A stretch of DNA of 64,000 nt from Parcubacteria group bacterium Gr01-1014_31 (GTDB lineage Bacteria; Patescibacteriota; Patescibacteriia; Buchananbacterales; GWA2-38-13), in the NCBI GenBank assembly GCA_007376135.1, contig VMFR01000001.1:77290-141289 (forward strand), read 5' to 3'. Position numbers and translations under genes: made by a program. Shown here one piece after another: positions 27,722-37,577 of the stretch; position 1 is the stretch's first letter, and the number at the start of each line of letters is the position of its first letter. A model generated the notes under the pieces. The model saw only the letters and a list, made by a program, of their open reading frames with translations. It searched no databases and had not been told where the DNA came from.

Positions 27722-28915
27722 ATGCGGCTGAAATCGGTACGGACAATCCGGGCGCTGAAGAATCGGCGGGTGCTGCTCCGCACGGATTTTAATGTTCCCT
27801 TGGAGAATGGGACCGTCGCTGCGGAAGGCGATGAACGCATCCTGCGTACCCTGCCCACGATCCGTTACCTTCTGCGCCGTGGCGCGTTAGTGATTATAGC
27901 AACGCACCTGGGCCGTCCGGACGGTCGGGTCGTCCCTCGTTACCGGCTCAAGCCGTTGGCGGCGTACCTTGGACGGAAGTTGAAGACCCCGGTCCGCGCG
28001 CTGCCGAAGGCGGTTGGTCCTCAGGTTGCCGCCGCAGTGGGGCGGGCTTCCGCCGGTACCGTCTTGATGCTTGAAAACCTCCGATTTGATCCGGGCGAGG
28101 AGGAAAATAGCGTTCCATTTGCCCGTGCCCTGGCCGAGTTGTGCGACTTGTACGTCAACGACGCGTTCGGCAACGCCCACCGTGAGCACGCCTCCATGGT
28201 TGGAGTGCCGCGCTACCGGAAAAGTTATGCCGGGTTGCTGTTGGCGGAAGAAGTACGGGTACTGTCCGGGCTGCTCGCGCGACCGCGCCGCCCGATGGCC
28301 GCGATCATCGGCGGGGTCAAACTTTCCACTAAACTTGCGGTCATCCAAACGTTCCTGAAACTCGCCGATGACCTGTTGCTGGGCGGCAATTTGGCCAACA
28401 CCGTGCTGAAAGCCCGCGGCGTGGCGGTCGGACGTTCGCCGGTCGAAGAAAAGCTGCTGCCCTCGCTGCAACGGCTGAAGTTGACGACTGCCAGACTCCA
28501 TCTTCCCGTCGATGTCATTACCGCGAGCGGTACGGCCTCCGGCCTGTCGACGCGCACCTTGGCGGTAGCGAACGTCCGGTCCGATGAGTACATCCTTGAT
28601 GTTGGGCCGGATACGGTGCGGCTGTTTGATGCAGTGCTGCGGGACGCGAGAACCATCGTTTGGAACGGCCCGATGGGGAAGTTTGAGCTTTCCGCCTTTG
28701 CGGCCGGTACCATCGGGTTGGTACACGCGATTGCCCATACGCGCGCGCGGGTGGTGATCGGCGGGGGAGAGACGGTTGCCGCAGTGCGGCGTTACCTGCC
28801 AAAGCCGGCCGCCGCATATCCCAACATCTACCTTTCCACCGGCGGCGGCGCGATGCTCGAATTTTTAGAGCGTGGCACTCTTCCGGCGTTGCGGCCGCTG
28901 ATCCTCGGTACATAA
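27722..28915 (+). CDS. pgk: phosphoglycerate kinase
   Basis: 'RVLLRTDFNVPL' and 'IIATHLGRPDG' are classic PGK N-domain motifs across 397 aa. Confidence 0.95.
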   Translation: MRLKSVRTIRALKNRRVLLRTDFNVPLENGTVAAEGDERILRTLPTIRYLLRRGALVIIATHLGRPDGRVVPRYRLKPLAAYLGRKLKTPVRALPKAVGPQVAAAVGRASAGTVLMLENLRFDPGEEENSVPFARALAELCDLYVNDAFGNAHREHASMVGVPRYRKSYAGLLLAEEVRVLSGLLARPRRPMAAIIGGVKLSTKLAVIQTFLKLADDLLLGGNLANTVLKARGVAVGRSPVEEKLLPSLQRLKLTTARLHLPVDVITASGTASGLSTRTLAVANVRSDEYILDVGPDTVRLFDAVLRDARTIVWNGPMGKFELSAFAAGTIGLVHAIAHTRARVVIGGGETVAAVRRYLPKPAAAYPNIYLSTGGGAMLEFLERGTLPALRPLILGT

Positions 28916-28943
28916 TAATTACCTTCATCGATCCATTAACCTT

Positions 28944-29726
28944 ATGCTTATGCCAAGCGAGCCATCTTCAAGCCCACGCGGGGCCTCATGGTCTGCGGCC
29001 GTCTGGCTCGTGGCCATCATCCTGGTCGTCTATCTGGGCGCGTTGACCCGCAATGCCTGGCGGCAGAACGCGTTCATCGGCCGGGCGAGCGTTGCGCCGT
29101 ACACCATCATGATTTCGGGGGAAGGCAAGGTTACCGCTTTGCCGGACGTGGCTGTCCTGACGCTGGGGACACAGACCGAGCGTCGAACGGTCGCCGATGC
29201 GCAGCGTGAGAATACCACGGCGATGAATCAGCTGCGCGAGCGTCTGAAAACCCTGCAAATTCCGGCGGCGGATATCACTACCAGCCAGTACAGCGTCTAC
29301 CCCCAGTACGACTGGAACGAGGGGCGCCAATCACTGCGCGGGTACCAGGTGACCCAGCAACTGACGGTCAAGATCCGCGATTTCGAAAAGATCTCGCCGG
29401 TCCTCGCGACGGTGGGCGAGCTGAGCCTCAACCAGGTCGGCGGTTTGAGCTTTGCCATCGATGACCCGGAGCAGTATCGCCAGGAGGCGCGGCTGAAAGC
29501 GCTGGAACAGGCCAAACAGAAAGCGGTGGCGCTGGCTGCAGCCGCCAAGGTTCGTTTAGGCAGGATCGTGTCATTCTCAGAAGGAGTGAGCGGCGGGTAT
29601 CCTCCTATCTACGCCAAGGAAGCCGCCTATGGAATGGGTGGCGGGGGCAGCGCACCGGCACCGATGGTGGAGCCTGGTAGTCAGGATATCGTGGTTTCCG
29701 TGACCGTCGGCTACGAACTTGAGTAA
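28944..29726 (+). CDS. SIMPL (DUF541) domain protein
   Basis: N-terminal TM, then 'ISGEGKVTALPDVAVLTLGTQTERRTVADAQRENTTAMNQL...YQVTQQLTVKIRDFEKIS', typical of the 26-kDa periplasmic antigen/SIMPL family. Confidence 0.65.
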   Translation: MLMPSEPSSSPRGASWSAAVWLVAIILVVYLGALTRNAWRQNAFIGRASVAPYTIMISGEGKVTALPDVAVLTLGTQTERRTVADAQRENTTAMNQLRERLKTLQIPAADITTSQYSVYPQYDWNEGRQSLRGYQVTQQLTVKIRDFEKISPVLATVGELSLNQVGGLSFAIDDPEQYRQEARLKALEQAKQKAVALAAAAKVRLGRIVSFSEGVSGGYPPIYAKEAAYGMGGGGSAPAPMVEPGSQDIVVSVTVGYELE

Positions 29727-29732
29727 TTCGCC

Positions 29733-30986
29733 ATGGCTGGACGCATTGCCGCGATCGCGGCTCGTGAAATTTTAGACTCCCGGGGCAACCCGACGGTCGC
29801 CGTGACCGTCGCGCTGGACACTGGCGCGAGTGGCTGTTCGGCGGTTCCTGCGGGCGCTTCCCGCGGCCAGCATGAAGCGCGCGAACGTCGCGACGGGGGA
29901 AAACGTTTCGGCGGCCTGGGGGTTCGCCGGGCGGTCGCGAACGTGACCGATGTGATTGCCCCCGCCTTGCGCGGGCTGCCGGCCGCCGATCAGGCGATGC
30001 TTGATTCGCGCATGCTTACTCTCGATACCAGTCCCGGCAAAGCGAAGCTTGGCGCCAATGCGATGCTCGGCGTCTCGTTGGCGGCGGCGCGTGCCGCCGC
30101 CAACGAGACCAAGCTCCCGCTGTACCGCTATCTGCGCCAGTCGTTATTTACGGACGTCACGGGCTGGTCGCTTCCGACGCCGATGGCAAACATCTTGAAT
30201 GGCGGCGCTCATGCCGGATGGTCGATCGATTTCCAGGAATTCATGGTATTGCCGCAGCAACGGTCAGCGGCGGAGCAAGTTCGTTGCGGCGCCGAGATCT
30301 TCCATGTGTTAGGGCGGTTGTTGGCGCGGCGCGAGCAGCCGGTAACGGTTGGGGATGAGGGCGGGTACGCACCGCGGCTTTCTGGCAATGAGGCGCCCTT
30401 GAAGCTTCTGGCGCTGGCCGTCCGCGCTTCCGGCTACCGGCTCGGGCGGGACGTGCGGTTCGGTTTGGACCCCGCGGCATCGGAATTCTACCGCGGGGGG
30501 GTATACCGATTGCGCAGCGAGCGGCGCAGTCTGCACACCGATGCGATGATCCTGCGGTATCGCGCGTGGGTCAAGAAATACCCCATTGCGACCATCGAGG
30601 ATGGGTTGAGCGAGGATGATTGGTCCGGCTGGCAGCGCCTGACTGCCGTGCTCGGCAAAACGGTAACGCTGGTCGGCGACGACTTGTTCGTGACGAATAC
30701 CACGCGGTTACAGCGCGGCATCGACCAGGGAGTCGCCAACGCCATCCTGGTCAAACCCAACCAGGTTGGCACGCTGACGGAAACCGTTGCCGCCATGCGG
30801 TTGGCTCGCTCCCATGGGTATCAGATCGCGGTTTCGCATCGTTCCGGTGAAACTACCGATACTTTTATCGTCGATCTGGCGGTGGCCGGGCAAGCCGAAT
30901 ATTTGAAGGCCGGTTCATTTTCTCGCGGCGAACGCGTCGCAAAATGGAATCGCCTGATGGCAATCGCTGAGCAGGTGGCAGATTGA
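29733..30986 (+). CDS. eno: enolase
   Basis: 'IAAREILDSRGNPTVAV' and 'VKPNQVGTLTET' are canonical enolase motifs across 417 aa. Confidence 0.95.
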   Translation: MAGRIAAIAAREILDSRGNPTVAVTVALDTGASGCSAVPAGASRGQHEARERRDGGKRFGGLGVRRAVANVTDVIAPALRGLPAADQAMLDSRMLTLDTSPGKAKLGANAMLGVSLAAARAAANETKLPLYRYLRQSLFTDVTGWSLPTPMANILNGGAHAGWSIDFQEFMVLPQQRSAAEQVRCGAEIFHVLGRLLARREQPVTVGDEGGYAPRLSGNEAPLKLLALAVRASGYRLGRDVRFGLDPAASEFYRGGVYRLRSERRSLHTDAMILRYRAWVKKYPIATIEDGLSEDDWSGWQRLTAVLGKTVTLVGDDLFVTNTTRLQRGIDQGVANAILVKPNQVGTLTETVAAMRLARSHGYQIAVSHRSGETTDTFIVDLAVAGQAEYLKAGSFSRGERVAKWNRLMAIAEQVAD

Positions 30987-30989
30987 GCT

Positions 30990-32585
30990 ATGTCTGACGA
31001 CCGTGTTGCTGGCGCGGAGAGAACCGGACCGGTCGTCCTGGCGGTTTTGGATGGCTGGGGTGTGAGCAATCAAACGCGCGGCAACGCCATCGCATTGGCG
31101 AAAACTCCGGTCATGGATGAGCTGTACCAGCATTTTCCTCATACCCAGCTGACCGCTTCCGGGCCGGCGGTCGGTCTTCCCGAAGGACAGCCGGGTAATT
31201 CCGAAGCGGGACATCTCAATATCGGTGCGGGCAGGATCGTCATCCAGGATGCGGTCAAGATCAGCCGCGAGATTAACACGGGCGCTTTTTTTAAAAATGC
31301 TGCGTTCACCAAAGCGATCGACCATGTGCGGCGACGCAGGTCCGCGCTGCACTTGATGGGCCTCTTGAGCAACGAGGCCAGCGCGCACGCGTGCCCGGAC
31401 CACCTCTTCGCGCTCCTGACGCTGGCTCGTCGCCACCACATCAAGCGGGTGTATTTACACCTGTTTACCGATGGCCGCGATTCGCCGCCCCACGCCGGGT
31501 TGAAATTGATGAACGCACTGATGCGGGCGTTGAAACACGAACTGATCGCCACGGTCATGGGGCGGTTCTACGCCATGGATCGCAAGAAAGATTGGACCCG
31601 GACGCTTTTGGCGTACGATGCGATGGTGACCGGGAGCGGTTTGAGCGCCACCAGTCCGCAGGCGGCCATCACCGAGTCGTACAATCGCAATGAATCGGAC
31701 GAGTTCATCCCGCCCTACGTCGTGCGCCGGCGCGGCAAGCCGGTGGCGACCATCAACGACGGGGACGGGGTCATTTTCTTTAATTTGCGGTCTGATCGAG
31801 CGCGGCAGATGTCCAAACCGTTCGTGCAGCACGAATTTGAAAAGATGAACCCCGGCGCCTTCCGCCGCCGCAAAGTGCTGCGCGACCTCAACTTTGTCGC
31901 CATGACCGACTTTGGACCGGATTTGGATCACGTTTCTACCGCCTATACCTCCGAAGACGTGTCCGACAGCCTGCCGCGGGTGTTGCGCGGGTGCAAGCAG
32001 CTCTACATCGCCGAAGCCGAGAAGTACGCGCATGTGACGTTCTTCATAAACGGTGGTTTTGCCGATCCGATCGGCGGAGAAGACCGGGTGCGCATTGACT
32101 CACTCGATGTGCCGTCGTATGCGACGGTGCCGGAGATGTCAGCGGGAGAAGTGACCGATCAGGTCGTCTGGGCGGTGCCTCGCTATGATTTTATTTGTGT
32201 GAATTATGGCAATGCGGACATGGTGGGCCATACGGGGAACCTGCCGGCGGCGCAGAAAGCGGTGGAATATATCGACCGTTGCCTGGGCCGGGTCTGGCGC
32301 GCCGTCAGCAAACGTAATGGTTGGCTGATCATCACGGCGGATCACGGCAACGCGGAAATGATGCAGAATCCAGCCACTGGCGAAGTGGATACTGAACACA
32401 ATCTCAGTCCGGTGCCGTTCATTCTCGCCGGGCCGCACCATTATCGGTTGCGGACGGGACGTCCGCCTTTAGCGTCGGTCGCCCCGACCATTTGCCAGCT
32501 TCTTGCGGTTGCGTCCCCGGCGGCAATGACGGGCCGCAGTTTGATCGTCGGCCGTGCATCATCGATGGATGCGCATCGGTCCTAA
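30990..32585 (+). CDS. gpmI: 2,3-bisphosphoglycerate-independent phosphoglycerate mutase, copy 1
   Basis: 'VLAVLDGWG', 'GNSEAGHLNIGAGRIV', 'LFTDGRD' and 'ADHGNAE' are iPGM/alkaline-phosphatase-fold motifs across 531 aa. Confidence 0.9.
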   Translation: MSDDRVAGAERTGPVVLAVLDGWGVSNQTRGNAIALAKTPVMDELYQHFPHTQLTASGPAVGLPEGQPGNSEAGHLNIGAGRIVIQDAVKISREINTGAFFKNAAFTKAIDHVRRRRSALHLMGLLSNEASAHACPDHLFALLTLARRHHIKRVYLHLFTDGRDSPPHAGLKLMNALMRALKHELIATVMGRFYAMDRKKDWTRTLLAYDAMVTGSGLSATSPQAAITESYNRNESDEFIPPYVVRRRGKPVATINDGDGVIFFNLRSDRARQMSKPFVQHEFEKMNPGAFRRRKVLRDLNFVAMTDFGPDLDHVSTAYTSEDVSDSLPRVLRGCKQLYIAEAEKYAHVTFFINGGFADPIGGEDRVRIDSLDVPSYATVPEMSAGEVTDQVVWAVPRYDFICVNYGNADMVGHTGNLPAAQKAVEYIDRCLGRVWRAVSKRNGWLIITADHGNAEMMQNPATGEVDTEHNLSPVPFILAGPHHYRLRTGRPPLASVAPTICQLLAVASPAAMTGRSLIVGRASSMDAHRS

Positions 32586-32593
32586 TCCTGTTT

Positions 32594-34168
32594 ATGGCTC
32601 GACCTAAACCCGTCGTGTTGGTGGTCCTGGACGGTTGGGGCGTCGCGCCGCCGTCGCCGACCAACGCGATCAGTCGAGCGAAAACCCCCGTCTTCGACCG
32701 TCTGGTGGCGGAATACCCGGTGCTCACGTTGCAGGCGTCCGGTGAGGCAGTCGGGCTGCTGTGGGGGGAAATGGGCAATTCCGAAGTTGGTCACTTGAGC
32801 ATGGGTTCGGGCAGGATCGTGTACCAGACGTTGCCCAAGATCAATAAGGCGATCAGCGACGGTACGTTCAGTGCGACGGCGGCCATTCAGCGCGCGTTTG
32901 CGCATCTCCGGGAAACCCCCGGAGCGCAGCTGCACCTGGTGGGTTTGGTCTCCAATGGCGGCGTGCACAGCCATCAGGAGCATCTCTTCGCGCTGCTGGA
33001 TTGCTGCCAAGCCAATAATGTGAAGCCGTTGGTACACGTAATTCTCGACGGCCGCGATACCGCCCGCGATGCCGGCGCGGATGCCGTGGCGCAGCTGGGG
33101 CAGAAATTAGCCGCCGTCGGCGGCCAGGTCAGCACGGTGGCGGGGCGTTTCTGGTCGATGGACCGGGACAGCCATTGGGAGCGCATCGAGCGTTCCTATC
33201 AGGCAATGACGAAGGGCGACGGGCAGACCGCGACCGATGCGGTTGCCGCCATCCGCCAGTCGTACGCGCAGGGAGTGTTCGACGAGGAGTTTGCTCCTTG
33301 CACGCTGGTACAGGGGGGTTTCCCCGTGGGTTTAGTGCGCGACCGCGATGCCGTCATTTTTTTTAACTTCCGCGCGGACCGGGCCAGACAACTGACCGCG
33401 AGTTTTGTGCTGCCCGGTTTTGCGAAATTCGAACGTCCCTACCTGCGCGACCTGTATTTTGTGACCATGACCGAGTATGATAAGGATCTTCCGGTCGAGA
33501 TCGCGTTCCCTCCCGACTACGTGCGCGAGCCAGTCGCGAAGGTCATGGCGGAGGCCGGGTTGCGGCAGCTGCATATTGCGGAGACCGAGAAGTACGCGCA
33601 TGTCACCTTCTTTTTCAACGGCGGACGGGAGGAGCCTTTTCCCGGCGAGGATCGGGCGCTGATCCCGTCACCGCGGGTGTCCAGCTACGCCCTGCAGCCG
33701 CAGATGAGCGCGTATGAGCTGACCACGCGATTGCTCGATGACCTGCGGCGCGGCGTGTACGATTTCGTTGTGGCCAACTATGCCAACGTGGATATGGTCG
33801 GCCATACGGGCAATTTGCAGGCAACGGTGCGCGCCGTCGAGGTGATCGACGAATGCTTGGGCAAGGTGGTCGCTGCAGTGCTCGAGGCGGGCGGAGTGTT
33901 ACTGATAACCGCCGACCATGGTAACGCCGAGGAGCTGGTATCCTTGCAATCCGGCGAGATCAATAAAGAGCACAGCACGAGCCCGGTGCCGCTCCTGATC
34001 GTGGGCGCGTCCTACGCCGGTAGGGCGGCGCGGAGGGGTCCGGACATCGTCGGGAGCGATCTGTCCATCATTATGCCCTCGGGGGTGTTGGCCGACCTTG
34101 GTCCGACCGTGTTGCAGCTTTTGGAGCTATCCGTCCCGGCGGAAATGAGTGGCCATTCGTTGCTGTAG
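32594..34168 (+). CDS. gpmI: 2,3-bisphosphoglycerate-independent phosphoglycerate mutase, copy 2 (divergent paralog)
   Basis: 'VLVVLDGWG', 'GNSEVGHLSMGSGRIV', 'ILDGRD' and 'ADHGNAE'. About 40% identical to copy 1 by eye. Confidence 0.9.
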   Translation: MARPKPVVLVVLDGWGVAPPSPTNAISRAKTPVFDRLVAEYPVLTLQASGEAVGLLWGEMGNSEVGHLSMGSGRIVYQTLPKINKAISDGTFSATAAIQRAFAHLRETPGAQLHLVGLVSNGGVHSHQEHLFALLDCCQANNVKPLVHVILDGRDTARDAGADAVAQLGQKLAAVGGQVSTVAGRFWSMDRDSHWERIERSYQAMTKGDGQTATDAVAAIRQSYAQGVFDEEFAPCTLVQGGFPVGLVRDRDAVIFFNFRADRARQLTASFVLPGFAKFERPYLRDLYFVTMTEYDKDLPVEIAFPPDYVREPVAKVMAEAGLRQLHIAETEKYAHVTFFFNGGREEPFPGEDRALIPSPRVSSYALQPQMSAYELTTRLLDDLRRGVYDFVVANYANVDMVGHTGNLQATVRAVEVIDECLGKVVAAVLEAGGVLLITADHGNAEELVSLQSGEINKEHSTSPVPLLIVGASYAGRAARRGPDIVGSDLSIIMPSGVLADLGPTVLQLLELSVPAEMSGHSLL

Positions 34169-35689
34169 TTGCGGCAGCGGGTTTTTCCGTCTATGCTGCT
34201 CCCGATGACCTCCCAGCGCTGGCAGCGGCTCCTGGAGGTTCTTCCAGGAGTTTTCATCATGATGACGACGGCCGCGGCGTTCACGCTGGCGGTTATTTCG
34301 CCGCGGCTGGCGGTGACCGCGATCGTTTTGTTCGACCTGTACTGGTTGTTCCGGATGTATTACTTGCTGGTGCACGTGGTGTCGGCCTGGGGAGAGTACC
34401 GCCGCGCGTTGCGGGTGGATTGGCACGCCCGTCTGGCTGCCGCCGCCCCAGATCGGTGGCGGGGAATTTGGCATCTGGTCATCCTGCCGACGCACGGCGA
34501 ACCCTACGCGGTGGTTGCGAGAACTTTAGAAAGCCTGTGCCAGAGCCGCTATCCGAGCGACCGGATGCTGGTGGTACTGGCGGGTGAAGCGCGCGATGGT
34601 CAGGCTTTTCTCCAGGTCGCGCGCCAGGCAAGGGCAGAATTCGGCGCGTCCTTCGCGCGTTTTGAGGTTACTGTCCACCCGGATGGCCTACCCAGCGAGA
34701 TTGCGGGCAAAGGCAGCAACCTGCGTTTTGCGGGGCTCGCGGCGCGGCGGTTCATCAACGAGTTGCAGTTGCCCTACGACCGGGTGATCGTTTCTAGTTT
34801 TGACGTCGATACCTGCCCGCACCCCCAGTACTTCGCCCTCCTTACGCACACGTATCTGCGTGAGCCGCGACCCACACGCGCCAGCTATCAGCCGATCGCC
34901 GTCTATGCGAACAATGCATGGAACTCGCATCCACTGGTCCGAGTGGTCGCGGGCACGACGAGCTTCTGGCTGATGACCGATCTGGCTCGCGCGGAACGCC
35001 TTTTTACGTTCTCTTCTCATAGCATGAGCCTGGCCGCGCTGGTGGACGTCGATTTTTGGGACCCCAGCATCGTAACCGAAGACTCACGGATATTTTTGCA
35101 ATGCCTCGAGCATTACCATGGCGACTATCGGGTGGTCCCTATCTTTCTGCCGGTGTCCATGAATACGGTCGATGTCGGCAATTGGCGGCGCAGCCTGATG
35201 AACCAGTACCGCCAGATCAGGCGCTGGGCTTGGAGCGTCGAACATTTTCCTTGGATGGCGATGCGGTTTTTTGGCCGTTCCCGTCTGCGGTCATTCCCGC
35301 TGGCCGTCCGCCTGCGGTACTTTTGGAATTTGACGGAAGGGATGTATTCGTGGGTGACGGCGCCATTGTTGATCTTCCTGTTCAGCCGCGCGGCGATGGT
35401 GTTGGCGCGCGATGAGGGCGGCGCCTTTTTGGAACGCGCCGCTACCGTCCTCGGGCTCATGGCCAATCTTGGGCTGGCGGGTTTGGTGATCTTTGCGCTC
35501 CTCTATTGGACCATGCTGCCGCAGAAGGAAAAGGCGCGCTGGTGGGATTACCCGATCTTAGCGCTGCAGTGGCTGCTCACGCCGTTCACGCTGGTCGTGT
35601 GGGGTTCGCTGCCGGCGCTCGATGCGCAGGTGCGACTGATGTTGGGCGGGCGTTTTCGTCTCGGTTTTGATGTCACAGAAAAAGTGTAA
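34169..35689 (+). CDS. membrane-embedded processive family-2 glycosyltransferase (cellulose/chitin-synthase-like)
   Basis: Multiple TM helices flank the motifs D...DxD ('SSFDVDT'), TED ('IVTEDSRIF') and QxxRW ('QYRQIRRWAW'). TTG start at 34169, or ATG at 34193. Confidence 0.65.
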   Translation: MRQRVFPSMLLPMTSQRWQRLLEVLPGVFIMMTTAAAFTLAVISPRLAVTAIVLFDLYWLFRMYYLLVHVVSAWGEYRRALRVDWHARLAAAAPDRWRGIWHLVILPTHGEPYAVVARTLESLCQSRYPSDRMLVVLAGEARDGQAFLQVARQARAEFGASFARFEVTVHPDGLPSEIAGKGSNLRFAGLAARRFINELQLPYDRVIVSSFDVDTCPHPQYFALLTHTYLREPRPTRASYQPIAVYANNAWNSHPLVRVVAGTTSFWLMTDLARAERLFTFSSHSMSLAALVDVDFWDPSIVTEDSRIFLQCLEHYHGDYRVVPIFLPVSMNTVDVGNWRRSLMNQYRQIRRWAWSVEHFPWMAMRFFGRSRLRSFPLAVRLRYFWNLTEGMYSWVTAPLLIFLFSRAAMVLARDEGGAFLERAATVLGLMANLGLAGLVIFALLYWTMLPQKEKARWWDYPILALQWLLTPFTLVVWGSLPALDAQVRLMLGGRFRLGFDVTEKV

Positions 35690-35691
35690 CT

Positions 35692-36702
35692 ATGGCAAGA
35701 GTGACGATTATCGTGGTGACCTGGAATTCCGCCGCAGTGCTGCCGGAATGTTTGGCGGCCTTGCGGCAGCAGGAGTTCAAGGATTTCGTGGTCCAGGTGG
35801 TCGATAATGCCTCCACCGACGAGACCATCGCGATCGTGCGGGAATTCTATCCGGAAGCGCGCATACTCACGAATTTTCGCAACACCGGTTTTTCCCGGGC
35901 GAACAACCAGGGCATTGCCCTGGCGCAGGGCGATTATGTCCTGGTGCACAATCCGGATGTGGCGTTAGTGCCGTCGTGTCTGGCGCGGCTGGTCACGTTC
36001 GCCGATGCGCATCCCCAGGCCGGCAGTTTTTGTCCCAAACTTTTACGGCGTCCAGAGGGTGAAGAGCTGCAGGAGCCGGCATTAGGGGAAGGTGTACTGG
36101 ATGCCGTCGGATTACGGATGACCCGCAGTCGGGCGGCGCGTAATCGCGGGGAAGGGGAGCGTGATGCCGGCCAGTACGCATTTGAGGAAGAGGTTTTTGG
36201 CGCTTCCGGCGCGTGCGCGCTCTACCGCCGCACAGCGCTGGCCGTGGTCGCCAAGCATGGAGGTTTTTTTGACGAATCATTCTTTGCGTATAAGGAGGAC
36301 GTCGACCTGGCCTGGCGTTTTCAGCAGATGGGCATAAGCTGCTGGTACGTGCCGTCGGCCGTCGGCTACCATCGACGGACGTTCCGTCGCCGCGGCGGTT
36401 TTCGCCATTTTGCCCACCTTCCGGTCAATGTGCGGCTGATGTCGTGGCGAAATTACCTTTCGTTGCTCATCAAGAACGAACGTTGGCAGAATTTTTGGCG
36501 CGACGCGCATCGTATCGTTCCACGCGCGCTGGCCGCGCTGCTGCTGCTGGCGGTGATGGAGCCGTTCCGCTGGCGAACGTTGCGCGACTGGCGCGCCCAA
36601 TGGCCACAGTTGTTGCGGGCCCGGCGTTCGCTCGTTGCCGGCGCTGGCCGCTCACCGCAGGAGCTGCGGCGATGGTTCGGCCGGCCGCGGTTACGGCAGT
36701 AA
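35692..36702 (+). CDS. family-2 glycosyltransferase
   Basis: 'VTIIVVTWNSAAVLPECLAALRQQEF...VVDNASTDET' is a GT-A fold N-terminus. Confidence 0.8.
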   Translation: MARVTIIVVTWNSAAVLPECLAALRQQEFKDFVVQVVDNASTDETIAIVREFYPEARILTNFRNTGFSRANNQGIALAQGDYVLVHNPDVALVPSCLARLVTFADAHPQAGSFCPKLLRRPEGEELQEPALGEGVLDAVGLRMTRSRAARNRGEGERDAGQYAFEEEVFGASGACALYRRTALAVVAKHGGFFDESFFAYKEDVDLAWRFQQMGISCWYVPSAVGYHRRTFRRRGGFRHFAHLPVNVRLMSWRNYLSLLIKNERWQNFWRDAHRIVPRALAALLLLAVMEPFRWRTLRDWRAQWPQLLRARRSLVAGAGRSPQELRRWFGRPRLRQ

Positions 36703-36710
36703 TACCTACT

Positions 36711-37547
36711 ATGGATGTTTCGATTGTCGTTTTGAACTATCGGTCGCGCGCACTGGTGCGGCAGTGCCTGCGCGGGGTGTTAGTCGCGCAACCGCGCTGC
36801 CGTTATGAGGTCATCGTCGTTGATAACGACTCCGGCGACGGTTGTTTGGCCATGGTCGCTGAGCAATTTCCTTGGGTCGTGCGAGTGCAAAGCCCGACGA
36901 ATCGGGGTTTTGGCGCCGGCAACGACCTTGGTATTGCCCGGGCGCGCGGCCGATACGTGATGATCCTGAACCCGGACATCGCCCTCTTCCCCGGGCAGAT
37001 CGACGATCTGGTCTCTTTTATGGATGCCCATCCGCGCGCCGGCGTTGCGGGTCCGCGGCTGTTGTACCCGGATGGTACGGCCCAGGAGTCCTGCCGTCGG
37101 TTCCCGAGTTTCCTCATGCCGGTGTATCGCCGCACCGTGCTGGGCCACCTGCCGGGACCGAGGCGCCAGTTGGAGCGTTTCTTGATGAACGATTTCGACC
37201 ATGCGGAGCACCGGATGGTGGATTGGCTGATGGGGGCTTGCCTGATCGTCCGGCGCGATGTTCTCGAGCAGCTCGGCGGGTTTGATGAAAAATTCTTTCT
37301 CTATTTCGAGGACCTCGATCTCTGCCGTCGCTGTTGGGATGCCGGGTGGCAAGTATGGTATGTGGCGAGTGCTTCGCCGGTACACTATCATCAGCGCCTG
37401 TCGGCGGGTGATGGCGTTTCGGCGCTGTTCAAGCCGGCCGCCTGGCAGCACCTCCGTTCGGCGGTGCGGTACTATCGAAAATACGCGAGTATGCCGCTGC
37501 CGGCGGCCAGCCCGTCGGGTCTGGACAGCAGGCGGCCGTCGGCGTAA
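36711..37547 (+). CDS. family-2 glycosyltransferase
   Basis: 'VSIVVLNYRSRALVRQCLRGVL...VVDNDSGDG' from ATG 36711. The track ORF starts earlier in the same frame. Confidence 0.8.
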   Translation: MDVSIVVLNYRSRALVRQCLRGVLVAQPRCRYEVIVVDNDSGDGCLAMVAEQFPWVVRVQSPTNRGFGAGNDLGIARARGRYVMILNPDIALFPGQIDDLVSFMDAHPRAGVAGPRLLYPDGTAQESCRRFPSFLMPVYRRTVLGHLPGPRRQLERFLMNDFDHAEHRMVDWLMGACLIVRRDVLEQLGGFDEKFFLYFEDLDLCRRCWDAGWQVWYVASASPVHYHQRLSAGDGVSALFKPAAWQHLRSAVRYYRKYASMPLPAASPSGLDSRRPSA

Positions 37548-37577
37548 GGTGATGGGGCGTTGGAGGCAATTTCCGGT

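Noticed and set aside
27549-27746. 65-aa minus-strand ORF in the gap-pgk spacer.
   Set aside because: Arg/Ser/Pro-rich low-complexity product. The + strand 48-codon Cys-rich ORF in the same interval has a far more protein-like, patterned sequence and is co-directional with the operon.
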